Source: a virus
Virus genome (UHGV): UHGV-1381707
Direction: 5' to 3' (one strand)
DNA: 61,027 nucleotides
Shown: positions 37,545 through 46,937 of the stretch, in pieces
How the letters are laid out: each line of letters begins with the position of its first letter
Numbering within the stretch: position 1 is the stretch's first letter
Translations under genes and position numbers: made by a program
Notes under the pieces: generated by a model
What the model saw: the letters and a program-made list of their open reading frames with translations, nothing else
Databases searched by the model: none
What the model was told of the DNA's origin: nothing

Positions 37545-37545
37545 G

Positions 37546-37911
37546 TTAAGCCACCTCGCTTACTAGCTTGATGTTAGTGAGCACGTAATCCCAGCTAGTT
37601 CCGAAGTGCGTTACCGCCCAAACATACATGTCGAGATTTTCGTTATAGAATACCAGTTCGTCCGTATACTCCGCTAAAAATTTATAGCCGGATTCAGCGA
37701 TGATGTAATCTTGAAAAACTACATCGTCGAATTCTCCAGCTACAATCTCCCAGTCAAGCATAGTACGGTCTCGAACTGTGTTATTTAGAATACATGCGCC
37801 AACAATTTTGGATAATGTTCGGTAGTCCAAATATCCGTTCTCCAATCCGTAGCGTGATACTTCTACTCCGTAAGCTCTGTTTCCATACAATTTGATAGTA
37901 TTCTTTTCCAT
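37546..37911 (-). CDS. hypothetical protein (121 aa)
   Basis: ORF. Confidence 0.35.
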   Translation of the reverse strand: MEKNTIKLYGNRAYGVEVSRYGLENGYLDYRTLSKIVGACILNNTVRDRTMLDWEIVAGEFDDVVFQDYIIAESGYKFLAEYTDELVFYNENLDMYVWAVTHFGTSWDYVLTNIKLVSEVA

Positions 37912-37937
37912 TGTTTTTCCCTCCCAGGGACTTTAGT

Positions 37938-37990
37938 CTGGTGTCAGCGCCAGGATTCGAACCTGATAGACCTTATTTCCAACTGACATA
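37938..37990 (-). other. tRNA-like 3' fragment (T-arm plus acceptor 3' strand plus ACCA); not a complete tRNA
   Basis: Minus strand reads ...GTCAGTTGGAAATAAGGTCTA-TCAGG-TTCGAAT-CCTGG-CGCTGAC-A-CCA. The T-stem/loop is canonical, but only ~16 nt stand where the D and anticodon arms should be. Confidence 0.4.
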
Positions 37991-38185
37991 TTTTAGGCTG
38001 TTTCCTCCCGCCCCCAGTGCTGGCCAGCCACTTGAGTAAAATCGCAGGCAACAAAATCTATCGAAGGACCCGCGATAAAGCGCCTTACTGGACATTTAAC
38101 CGACAGTCAAAGTCGGCACCTATATTGCATAAAAAATAGCAGCCCAAGTTTTTAACTCAGACTGCTACGTTTTGATCGTATAGCG

Positions 38186-38317
38186 TTATACGAAAAAATC
38201 CTCTTTTGCTTCTTTTGCGGCTCTCTTGCTTGCGGATATAACCGTGATGCAGAATGTTCCAAACATCGCAGCCATCCCAATCAAAATACCTAAAATTAAC
38301 ATTAATCCTTTTTTCAT
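38186..38317 (-). CDS. small membrane protein (43 aa)
   Basis: MKKGLMLILGILIGMAAMFGTFCITVIS... RBS AAAGGAGTGG. Below the ORF-track cutoff. Confidence 0.3.
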   Translation of the reverse strand: MKKGLMLILGILIGMAAMFGTFCITVISASKRAAKEAKEDFFV

Positions 38318-38359
38318 ATTTACCACTCCTTTCATTAAAGGGGCTGTAAATATCGCGGA

Positions 38360-38848
38360 TTACTCCTCCTCATATTCTTCAGCTGAATATCTTTCAGCAA
38401 ACCGATCTACTTGCTGAGTTACATAGATACTCTGGAGATATGCCGTGCGACCGGACTTGCCGTTCACGTCCCAATCATAAGGCCTGATGTCCAGATCAAC
38501 GCTAAGAATATCAATATGGTCAAGACAATCAATACTTTCTTCGTCCAGCTTATTCAACGCGGAACCGGATTTCAGATAAATAGTCGGTCCACGGTCGTTG
38601 AACTTAACCTTAACCGGAAGATGCATAAACGGAAGATCGCCGTCCTCACGAGGGGGTTTAATCTTCACATTCCAGCCAGCTTCGACAAGAGCATCAGCCA
38701 CTTCCTGATTATCGATAAGGACCGAGAAGTTTCTATCTCCTTCTCGATTAAATTTGGAGCCAAGTCCGGCAAAGTTGCGATAAATAATACGAGCGTCATC
38801 AATCTGAAGAATACCTCTAGGTGCGAAAGTTACGTGCATAATTGTCAA
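38360..38848 (-). CDS. hypothetical protein directly downstream of the polymerase gene (162 aa); possible replication accessory or DNA-binding protein
   Basis: Assigned from position. Acidic C-terminus (EEYEEE), as seen in many single-strand-binding proteins. Confidence 0.3.
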   Translation of the reverse strand: MTIMHVTFAPRGILQIDDARIIYRNFAGLGSKFNREGDRNFSVLIDNQEVADALVEAGWNVKIKPPREDGDLPFMHLPVKVKFNDRGPTIYLKSGSALNKLDEESIDCLDHIDILSVDLDIRPYDWDVNGKSGRTAYLQSIYVTQQVDRFAERYSAEEYEEE

Positions 38849-38876
38849 TCTCCTTTAAATATAAATTTTAATAATA

Positions 38877-41800
38877 TTATCTAACATCAAATGGCATGCC
38901 ATCTTCCCATGGCAAAATATCATTTTCTCTTGGTCTCATAGGGATATAAGGATCATCCGAAACGAACCATTCATAATCACCGTACTTACCTATCGTTTCG
39001 ACCGCATCGTTAACGAGCTTGTCATAATAAGAACGGTCGATGTTGGCTTCTTTACCGAGTGTTTTTACCATTTCGGATTCAAGCCAACGATAACCTTTGG
39101 CTCCGGTAGCAGAGGAATACTTAACGTTTCCTTCTTTGTCTTTACCTTCACGAAGAAGTTCGCCGCCTCCGCAGCCCGGCTTAATAGGACAGAACAAACC
39201 GACCTTGCCTACAAAATGATAGTTGTGTTCGTCTTCTCCAAGATTATCATTCATATCTAAATATAAAGCCGTACTTACACTCTTCGTTTCGCACATATCA
39301 CCGAACTCAATCGGTTCCTTGCTAAAGAGCTTTTTGAACACATACGGAATCTGGAATTGGGTTCCCGTGGCAGTCCATTCCCCGGCATGCTTACCGTCCT
39401 TATACTTAGCAATGTAGACCGCATCATTAACGAGACACATCCTGTCATACGTCGCCTCATGCTCGAACGTGTAACCATACTGTTTGCCATATTCCATGAC
39501 AAATTGAATAATCTCAGGAGTGGCATCTGGTATCTTGATCGAGTCGGTCTTAATATGAGCCACCGTGAATCCGCGCTTTTGAACCTCGTGCTTGAGATTA
39601 ATCATGAACAAAGCCCCACGCTTGGCCACGATATTATCCTTATTACGAGAATCATGGAACGGATTATCAAAGCTTGCTGATGTCAAACCATAAACCGAGT
39701 TAATGGCGATCTTCAGAGCCTGAGCCAAATCAGCAGCCGCTTCTTCGTCATCCAAGTATTTCGCCAAAGATCCGCCCAGCATTGTTCTAGCCGTATCAAA
39801 ATCCTTATGTTTGATTGCAATACGGGCATCTCGAATCTCCTGGAATCGTTTCGTATATGCCTCTCCAAAGAGCTGTTCGGCAATGATGCTTGCCGGATGC
39901 ATGGACGCAATATCAAGTAATGCAACATTTCCATACATACCCGGCTCGGCATACACGTAGCCGCCCTCTCCGACTTCCTCTCCTCGATACGTGGACTTCC
40001 CTGCTTCAAATTTGTAACCTGGGAATATAGGTCGTCCGCCACCATCAAATATCGTGTACTCGTCGCCATAGTTGCTGTAAACAACGTTATCTTCGGTGAT
40101 AGTCACACGATCAGCCCCGTCGACCATTTCGCCCATGTTGCGATAGTTGAATTGATCTTGAGGTTTGCGATTACTACCAAATATAATTCTCGTAGTGAGA
40201 GAGTTAGTAGTGTCGTTTACGCTCATCCCAGCAACGTCCGCCAGAATCTTTCGAGCCGTGAAGTCAGCTTTCCTGGCATTAAATACAGCTTCCGTCGCTA
40301 TAACATCGTTATCGCAATACTCCGCAACCTTTGTCCACATTTCTTCAGGAACAGGTTGATCCCAAGGAAGTCCTAACTCCTGATGATGGATTCCTAGGTC
40401 AATCTCAAACTTTTTAAGCGACTGCTTTAAACTAGAGAAGTCATAAACATCCGTATATGAAATATTGTAAGCTTCTCCAAAGAAAGCTCCTCGATTTCCG
40501 CTGATTATTTTTTGCGACAAATCATAAAGCTGCTCATTCGTATACCCGATTAGCCGACCGTATAAAATATGATTATCGTATCGACGACAGTTGAAGCCCA
40601 CTAATCTGAATCTTAGTAATTCCTCGATTTCGGATGGCGTAGGGTTGATCATTCTAACAACCGGTTTTCCTTCCCCTTCGACTTTCCAGTTAACCAATAA
40701 CAGATTAGGAAACACCTCGACATCGTAAAATATCAACGCTGCATCGTCATTTTGAACGAATTCAGACGCCTCGTCAGACTTGAATTGCATTTTATTTACT
40801 AGTTTGATGCAATAGGCCGATTGGTTAGTGCTGCTTGCTGCGAAAGCTAATACAGCATTTCTCATGTCGGTAACGTCATATTTTAATCCATTGGCATGGG
40901 CATCCTCGAGTATCTTGTAAATGAAATCGATACTGCATTTAGTGCTAGAGTGATACTCCTTATTCAAATTCTTTTTGATGGCCGTTCTTAGTGATTTTTC
41001 ATTTTTTAAACCATCGAAATTTATCACCTTTTCCTCTCCTTTCAATGGCAATCCAGAACTAATAGTTGCAATCGGCAGGTCGTTGCATTTTGTAAGTTTC
41101 CTTCTCAGCGAACTTTTACCTGTGAATACTTTGATTTCGATATGGTCGCCATAAACTCTGCTGAGCTTGGTAACATCCCCATCATAAATATAATGAAGAT
41201 GCACCCCCGCTCCGCTCTTGCTCAACTCCGCATATGTTTCCGGCCATTTGCTTGCCTCCTCAACGTTTTTCTTGAAACATTTATTTCCGTTTTCATCCGG
41301 AATATCAAAGTCTATAACAATATGGTTTTTAGGAACTTTGACATAATGAATCTGAGAAGTGTCAAGGTCGGACAATTTAGTCGTTACATCCACCCATTTT
41401 TTAGATGGGGTTTCATTGGACGTAGCATATTGAGCCGGACAGTCTGCGCATTCTTTGTCAAATATCGACTTCCTTTTGCTAAATTTTATTAGTGGCAATT
41501 CCTCCTTTTTCTCTTTAACGTCGACCATATTAGTATCAAATTTTTCAGTTCTGAATCCCAAATAGTAGCTGCGTATTCTAGAACCATCTTCGAGACTAAA
41601 TCGCTCTTTATAATCCCGGAAGTAGTTTTTCAATTCCTCTTTGAAAATCCTTTGAGAAAATGGATAACCAACTTTTGCATCGTCGCAATAAGTTTTGTAC
41701 ATCTCCCAGGCAGCCTTAAGAGTCGTTCCATCTTCTTTTTTAAATACATGAAACGAATCGACTATAAAGTTATAGAAATCATTAGATGCCCCTAGCATTG

Positions 41801-42833
41801 TCACTGGAATATAATCGTCATAATAACCAGGATCGCTAAGGAATACCTCTTTGCAATGATTCGCAATGGCCCCAAGCTCGAACGAAACTTGTTTGACGGC
41901 AGTCTTATACTCTTTTGGGCTCAATTTATTTCCGGAAGGAGATACGTCAATTAATCTTCGAAGAAGACCTGATTTGGCATCTGTTATTTTTACCGGCTTA
42001 TTTGTACCCATGAATAAGAAGCATTTGAACCTGCTAGAATAAGTTGATTTAAACTTTTCATTAACCGTCATCAACTCGTGTGACACGAGACTATTAAGTC
42101 TCGTATTGTCCTCGATTTTTGACAAGTCACCATCATGCTGAATCGCTACAAGAGGGTTAGATTTAAACGCCTCCAATGCAAAAGAGTTACTAGACGATCC
42201 CAATGCTTTAGCATCAAAGACCGAGTAGTAACCCTCGAATAATTGCTGTATGATGTTTAAAATCGTTGATTTACCTGTACCAGCAGCACCATACAGAACC
42301 ATGAATTTCTGAATGCGCTTTGATTCTCCGGATACAATTGATCCGATGGCCCACTCTATTTTGCGCCTTTCTTCTTCGGAATATAAAGTGGAAATAAGCT
42401 TGTCGTAAGCAGGGGTATCGCCAGAAATTAATGGATAACTCAACCTCTTGCTAGCATAATCTTTCTTATTAGTCTCAGTGTTAGAAAATATAAGTTTTTC
42501 ATCGAGCATAGAGAAGGAGTCTCGCATTTGTTTTTGACAATACTTATGCCATCGGTCAATCATTCCAGATTCGGCATCCCACATGTGAAGAACTTTAAGC
42601 TTTGAATCGAATTTATTTTTATTTTCCTCCGCGTATTTCTCAAGTTCCCTATCTATAATAGCCAGAGCTTCTTGTTCATCAGTAGACCATAGTCCGCGCT
42701 CTTCGACCCAAATAGCATAGAAGTCTCCACCTCGAATCATGAGATCCGAACTTTTTTTGATTATAAACTTTGGATAAACTTCTACGTCTCCACGATTAGT
42801 TCTACGTGTTGCGACAATCAAAAAATCGATCAT
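38877..42833 (-). CDS. replication fusion protein: SF3/D5-like helicase NTPase, AEP primase-polymerase motifs and family-B DNA polymerase with 3'-5' exonuclease (1318 aa)
   Basis: Walker A LYGAAGTGKS. AEP-like VIDFDIPDENG and SGAGVHLHY. Exonuclease I FYDVEVFPN. PolB motif A DIASMHPASII, motif B KIAINSVYG, motif C HIKTDSI. Confidence 0.65.
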   Translation of the reverse strand: MIDFLIVATRRTNRGDVEVYPKFIIKKSSDLMIRGGDFYAIWVEERGLWSTDEQEALAIIDRELEKYAEENKNKFDSKLKVLHMWDAESGMIDRWHKYCQKQMRDSFSMLDEKLIFSNTETNKKDYASKRLSYPLISGDTPAYDKLISTLYSEEERRKIEWAIGSIVSGESKRIQKFMVLYGAAGTGKSTILNIIQQLFEGYYSVFDAKALGSSSNSFALEAFKSNPLVAIQHDGDLSKIEDNTRLNSLVSHELMTVNEKFKSTYSSRFKCFLFMGTNKPVKITDAKSGLLRRLIDVSPSGNKLSPKEYKTAVKQVSFELGAIANHCKEVFLSDPGYYDDYIPVTMLGASNDFYNFIVDSFHVFKKEDGTTLKAAWEMYKTYCDDAKVGYPFSQRIFKEELKNYFRDYKERFSLEDGSRIRSYYLGFRTEKFDTNMVDVKEKKEELPLIKFSKRKSIFDKECADCPAQYATSNETPSKKWVDVTTKLSDLDTSQIHYVKVPKNHIVIDFDIPDENGNKCFKKNVEEASKWPETYAELSKSGAGVHLHYIYDGDVTKLSRVYGDHIEIKVFTGKSSLRRKLTKCNDLPIATISSGLPLKGEEKVINFDGLKNEKSLRTAIKKNLNKEYHSSTKCSIDFIYKILEDAHANGLKYDVTDMRNAVLAFAASSTNQSAYCIKLVNKMQFKSDEASEFVQNDDAALIFYDVEVFPNLLLVNWKVEGEGKPVVRMINPTPSEIEELLRFRLVGFNCRRYDNHILYGRLIGYTNEQLYDLSQKIISGNRGAFFGEAYNISYTDVYDFSSLKQSLKKFEIDLGIHHQELGLPWDQPVPEEMWTKVAEYCDNDVIATEAVFNARKADFTARKILADVAGMSVNDTTNSLTTRIIFGSNRKPQDQFNYRNMGEMVDGADRVTITEDNVVYSNYGDEYTIFDGGGRPIFPGYKFEAGKSTYRGEEVGEGGYVYAEPGMYGNVALLDIASMHPASIIAEQLFGEAYTKRFQEIRDARIAIKHKDFDTARTMLGGSLAKYLDDEEAAADLAQALKIAINSVYGLTSASFDNPFHDSRNKDNIVAKRGALFMINLKHEVQKRGFTVAHIKTDSIKIPDATPEIIQFVMEYGKQYGYTFEHEATYDRMCLVNDAVYIAKYKDGKHAGEWTATGTQFQIPYVFKKLFSKEPIEFGDMCETKSVSTALYLDMNDNLGEDEHNYHFVGKVGLFCPIKPGCGGGELLREGKDKEGNVKYSSATGAKGYRWLESEMVKTLGKEANIDRSYYDKLVNDAVETIGKYGDYEWFVSDDPYIPMRPRENDILPWEDGMPFDVR

Positions 42834-43060
42834 TACAAAGCTTTACCCCTCCTTTCTTCCATTCTTTCTATATGGCTATCCAAAGTTTCTAAACTCCAAT
42901 CTCTAGTTCCGTTATAAGTAAAAACTATATCCCCAGCATACATTCGAACTCTTATACTGTTTTTACCATTCGGAAACCATGCTTTCGCATGTTCGGCATA
43001 ATTCGGAAAATAAATCTTAAATTCGTTATATACTTTAGGATGTGTCATAACATACCTCAC
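42833..43060 (-). CDS. hypothetical protein (75 aa)
   Basis: ORF; its stop overlaps the polymerase start. Confidence 0.35.
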   Translation of the reverse strand: MRYVMTHPKVYNEFKIYFPNYAEHAKAWFPNGKNSIRVRMYAGDIVFTYNGTRDWSLETLDSHIERMEERRGKAL

Positions 43061-43064
43061 AAAA

Positions 43065-43613
43065 TCATGTAATACTATCTAGATACCAACAAAGCTGATA
43101 CCAGATTTCCGCAGTTCGCAAATCGCGATCGCAATTAACTGTAAACAAACCTCCTTCTCCATTTGGTTCGTATTTTCGATCTAGGAATCTATTAATAATT
43201 TCGTCGACATATTTTTTGTCAAATCTACTATCGAACATACTTCCTAAACCCAAATTTACGATCATGCCCCAAAACCATTGCCCCGTTCTATCACCGACAA
43301 TCGGATCGTCCATTATACTTTCTTCGCATCGAATGGATAAAGCGATCATCATTTCTAAAACAGTACATGGTCTGTCTAGATCACTTACTACGGCATCTCT
43401 ACTGTCTTTATAACCTTGAGTGATAGCAAATCGATATCTCAAACCTTTTCCATCTTCGGCTCTATTAGCATCTCTTTCAATCGAGTATCGAAAATCGATA
43501 GTATGCAAATGCATTAAAAGCTTTCTGTAAGAAATTCGCTTGGAATATCTTTTTCCGCACACAAAGTTAAAAAGCCAGTTAAAGTATTCGTTTTCTATAT
43601 TCTTATCAGTCAT
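43065..43613 (-). CDS. hypothetical protein (182 aa)
   Basis: ORF. Confidence 0.35.
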   Translation of the reverse strand: MTDKNIENEYFNWLFNFVCGKRYSKRISYRKLLMHLHTIDFRYSIERDANRAEDGKGLRYRFAITQGYKDSRDAVVSDLDRPCTVLEMMIALSIRCEESIMDDPIVGDRTGQWFWGMIVNLGLGSMFDSRFDKKYVDEIINRFLDRKYEPNGEGGLFTVNCDRDLRTAEIWYQLCWYLDSIT

Positions 43614-44185
43614 TCTTCCTCCTCTTGATGCGAATTATTATTTACGATGTCTGAATACTTTTCGTCCATACGAACGATTTCATACTCGGCCTTCAACTTA
43701 TCATTTCGGACATACACTACATCTTCGACATATTCTCCAAAATGTTTAAAAGATTCTAGCCCGACAACGTCATCCGCATTCACAATGGGAATATCAAAAT
43801 CGTCCGTAAGTACCTCATCCGCATAATAATTGAGACTAATGATGTCGTAATCGTCATCTGCCTGCCCAAATTCTTCTGCTGATATAACATAAGGACGATC
43901 CTTTACTTTTGCTTTTTCTTCAGCTTCTATTTCGTATTTTAGAGTTTTAATCTGCTCAGCAAGCTCCTGAAGATTGGGTTTGGATTCGATTATATGTTCT
44001 TCTGCCGAGTTCTCTCGAACAATATGCTCGTATATTTGGTTCTCCTTGCGCGAGAAAACCTCCTTCACCGAGTCTATTTCTTCCTGAGCAATTTTTTCAT
44101 ATTTGGTTTTTACTATTTTCCATGTTACCAAGGAGCCAACCGTGGCTCCCATGGTAAATATAAATACTTTAGTCAACATACTCAT
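43610..44185 (-). CDS. hypothetical protein with N-terminal TM helix and coiled-coil (191 aa)
   Basis: KVFIFTMGATVGSLVTW transmembrane segment; acidic C-terminus. Confidence 0.35.
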   Translation of the reverse strand: MSMLTKVFIFTMGATVGSLVTWKIVKTKYEKIAQEEIDSVKEVFSRKENQIYEHIVRENSAEEHIIESKPNLQELAEQIKTLKYEIEAEEKAKVKDRPYVISAEEFGQADDDYDIISLNYYADEVLTDDFDIPIVNADDVVGLESFKHFGEYVEDVVYVRNDKLKAEYEIVRMDEKYSDIVNNNSHQEEEE

Positions 44186-44339
44186 CTTTGTCTTCCTCCG
44201 TTTTCAATGTTACAACGGTGAACGCTAACCCAGCAAATAGCAATGAGACACTCATTAGAATGCCTCCCGCTAAATGACGTTTTTTCTTAGTTCCTAATGA
44301 ATAATCTAACGTGGACAATATTCTTTCCAATCTATCCAT
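44169..44339 (-). CDS. small membrane protein (56 aa)
   Basis: MDRLERILSTLDYSLGTKKKRHLAGGILMSVSLLFAGLAFTVVTL... Found by eye. Confidence 0.25.
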   Translation of the reverse strand: MDRLERILSTLDYSLGTKKKRHLAGGILMSVSLLFAGLAFTVVTLKTEEDKDEYVD

Positions 44340-44470
44340 ACTCGGTTCATCCCCTTATTTAGATAAAATAATCAAACCTCCGATAAAACAAATCCCAGCT
44401 AATACTGCCAAAGTGCATGATACGGCAGATTCTTTTTGGGTCATCACTTTTGCTCCTTTCCAAATATCAT

Positions 44471-45400
44471 TCAGATTAAATCCAAAATATTGCCATCAAC
44501 ATTGAAATCGAGAAGGATGACTCTTTCATATCCGTTAACAAAGTCCCTGGCATTCGGTCGGTTTACGTCGAAAATACCAAAATCAACAAAATTATCGCCA
44601 ACCGGATGTGCTTCGTCATAAATCCAACCCACACATTGACCAGCTTTTGTTCTCATGGCACCAAGCATGTCGTACACCTCATTCAAGAACAAATGACCTT
44701 TCGATTTAAGTAATTCATTGGCGTAGTTTTGCTGCTGAATCAGAAAGAATTTTGACACTTCCGGATCTTTATCCCACCCTGCATTTCCATCGTCAAAGAA
44801 TATGGAGTACGGACTATAACTATTAGGATCAGCCACGCCAATAGTCTGTTTTGTAACCTTCTCTTTTCCTTTTTCGTCTACGGAAACCTCTTCGATTTCT
44901 TTGGCTTTGATGTTGTACTTAAGCTCGCGATCCAATTCTTTTCCAAACCGCTCGATTACTCGACCTCTATATTCTTTAAACCCTTTATCAACCGTCGCAT
45001 ACGCCGCTGCTAATGCCACATTTCTTTGACGAATGATATTATGAGATGCAAGGATACATCCGATAGACGCCAAACCAAGGATAACAGAGGGAGCATACAG
45101 TTTAGCAAGACTGACGGCAGTTTTTGTATATACGATTGCCAGGTCTTTCTTGCTGTCTTGCTCTGTGTATCCTTCCTGCTTATCGGATTTCTCCATCATT
45201 TCATGAATTGTATCGACGGCGTCTTTCGTTTCTTCTAAAATGCTACTAACTTTCGTAGTAGCAACACAGGCCATAACAGCACTTACAGCTACTCCAGTAA
45301 CGCCTGCCACTATTAAAATTTCGGGACTATGCTTTTTAAACTTGAATCCAACACGACTAAATGTTCTCGTGAAGGAATTCGTGATTTCTCCTTTTTTCAT
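44471..45400 (-). CDS. two-TM membrane protein, paralog family copy A (309 aa)
   Basis: Shares N-terminal TM pair, central xAAAYATVDKGFKEYRGRV and C-terminal ...GW..D... segments with 48388-49182 and 49481-50239. Confidence 0.45.
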   Translation of the reverse strand: MKKGEITNSFTRTFSRVGFKFKKHSPEILIVAGVTGVAVSAVMACVATTKVSSILEETKDAVDTIHEMMEKSDKQEGYTEQDSKKDLAIVYTKTAVSLAKLYAPSVILGLASIGCILASHNIIRQRNVALAAAYATVDKGFKEYRGRVIERFGKELDRELKYNIKAKEIEEVSVDEKGKEKVTKQTIGVADPNSYSPYSIFFDDGNAGWDKDPEVSKFFLIQQQNYANELLKSKGHLFLNEVYDMLGAMRTKAGQCVGWIYDEAHPVGDNFVDFGIFDVNRPNARDFVNGYERVILLDFNVDGNILDLI

Positions 45401-45418
45401 TTCTAAATATTCTCCTTT

Positions 45419-45826
45419 TTAATTTGTTTTTAGTGTGTATGCAAAACCTATACTTCCACCTAATATAGAGCTTATAATCACAAACGGACTTTTAAATGCA
45501 CAAGTCGCTGCTGCGCTTATCCCTACCAATACGGCGGTCGGCAAAAATGCCGTAATACTTTTTACGATACACTGAGTAGTAATGATCTGAATATCGTTCT
45601 CGGCGTCCTCTTGGGAATACTTAGACTCCGGAATATTCTCGTCGGCAAGAACTGTTTCCACATCATTGATATGATCTTCATACTCTTTTTTAACTTCATC
45701 GACCTTAACAACTGCTTTGTTAACACTCACTGCTGTCGCCGCAAAAGCAGTAGCCGACGATGCGACTATTCCTATCGTTTTAGCATGACTCTTAACAAAT
45801 CCTACAATGTTTGAAATTTTACTCAT
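45419..45826 (-). CDS. membrane protein (135 aa)
   Basis: Two or three hydrophobic helices. Confidence 0.35.
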   Translation of the reverse strand: MSKISNIVGFVKSHAKTIGIVASSATAFAATAVSVNKAVVKVDEVKKEYEDHINDVETVLADENIPESKYSQEDAENDIQIITTQCIVKSITAFLPTAVLVGISAAATCAFKSPFVIISSILGGSIGFAYTLKTN

Positions 45827-45832
45827 TATTGT

Positions 45833-46156
45833 TTATTCTCCTTTTTTATTTATTTCGTAATCAGCAGCAGCTTCGTTCAATATCAATTCTGCTTCATCAT
45901 ACAAATCTTCATTTTCTCTACGAGTATTGATGTAGCCTATTACCGCGGAACCAATTCCTAGCACCCCTATTGCTAATCCCGGAACAATTCGCACCCATGG
46001 TTTCTCGAACAAATTGTGCTTCTGGGAGTCGATAAGTTCTTCGAATTCTTCGTATCTACCGGCAGATTTCAAAAGCACGATATTTTTTACGGACGGAATT
46101 TTAATCTTTTTACTGAGCAAGGGATCAATCAATGTTTTCTTGATATTGAAATTCAT
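45833..46156 (-). CDS. membrane protein (107 aa)
   Basis: One TM helix (WVRIVPGLAIGVLGIGSAVIGYI). Confidence 0.35.
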   Translation of the reverse strand: MNFNIKKTLIDPLLSKKIKIPSVKNIVLLKSAGRYEEFEELIDSQKHNLFEKPWVRIVPGLAIGVLGIGSAVIGYINTRRENEDLYDEAELILNEAAADYEINKKGE

Positions 46157-46635
46157 CGTCGCTCCCCCTTTCTTTCCGTCGCAGTAATTATGTGATTCAT
46201 TATCGGGCCAACATAAGAATCCAAATTAGTCATAAATTTATCGACTATCGCGGAGCTAGCTTTGTTTTCCACCTTTTTCTTCAAAATGTCAATATCGATA
46301 TCTCGTTCGATGGCTTTGGATAATCTGTTATTAGCTTCTTCTTCTACGTGCTCGTAAGCAGAGCTAACGACGTTGTAAACCTTAATATTAATGTCCCTTC
46401 GAACGATTTCCACAGCGTTCAAAGCCGCTTTATCCGCTGCTTTTTCCGCCGCCTTTTTGATAATTTCTTCGGAAATATCGACGGACGTCTTGTCGGCCAA
46501 ATCGTCGATAGCCTTATTGACTCTCTTAATATTTTTTTTAGATTTTGCAACCATATGAATACCAACGCACAATGCGATCACTCCTAAACCAGCCAAGACA
46601 ATCGACCCGCTATTAAGCAATCCATTTGTATTCAT
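46153..46635 (-). CDS. membrane-anchored coiled-coil protein (160 aa)
   Basis: N-terminal TM helix (IVLAGLGVIALCVGIHMV). Confidence 0.35.
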   Translation of the reverse strand: MNTNGLLNSGSIVLAGLGVIALCVGIHMVAKSKKNIKRVNKAIDDLADKTSVDISEEIIKKAAEKAADKAALNAVEIVRRDINIKVYNVVSSAYEHVEEEANNRLSKAIERDIDIDILKKKVENKASSAIVDKFMTNLDSYVGPIMNHIITATERKGERR

Positions 46636-46652
46636 TTCAATTACATTCGAGC

Positions 46653-46937
46653 TTATTGCTGCTCGTTCTCCTTTCTTAACTTCTCAACATGATCAATCAA
46701 ATGCTGAAGATACCACATAGCTTTCTTCAAATCTTGAAGCCCATTCTTATTTTTCCAACGGCAAATGTACTTAATGACATTTCCAGTGTCAGTCGCTTCG
46801 ATTCCTTTGAGATCAAAAGTAAAAGCCTCGATTACGTCAATGACTTCGAGGCCCGTTTCTGATTGATAATGGTCCGGATGAGATACCATTTTGTCATTTG
46901 ATTCGTACATTATTTCCTCCTCATTTAGGTTCAACAT
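46653..46937 (-). CDS. DUF3310-like phage protein (94 aa)
   Basis: PDHYQ...GLEVIDVIEAF and KYICRWKNKNGLQDLKKAMWYLQHLI resemble the DUF3310 signature. Confidence 0.4.
   Translation of the reverse strand: MLNLNEEEIMYESNDKMVSHPDHYQSETGLEVIDVIEAFTFDLKGIEATDTGNVIKYICRWKNKNGLQDLKKAMWYLQHLIDHVEKLRKENEQQ

Noticed and set aside
37938-38060. A complete tRNA gene on the minus strand
   Set aside because: Only the T-arm, the 3' acceptor strand and ACCA are present. The 5' acceptor strand matches 5/7 nt and the D and anticodon arms are missing, so I call it a tRNA-like fragment.
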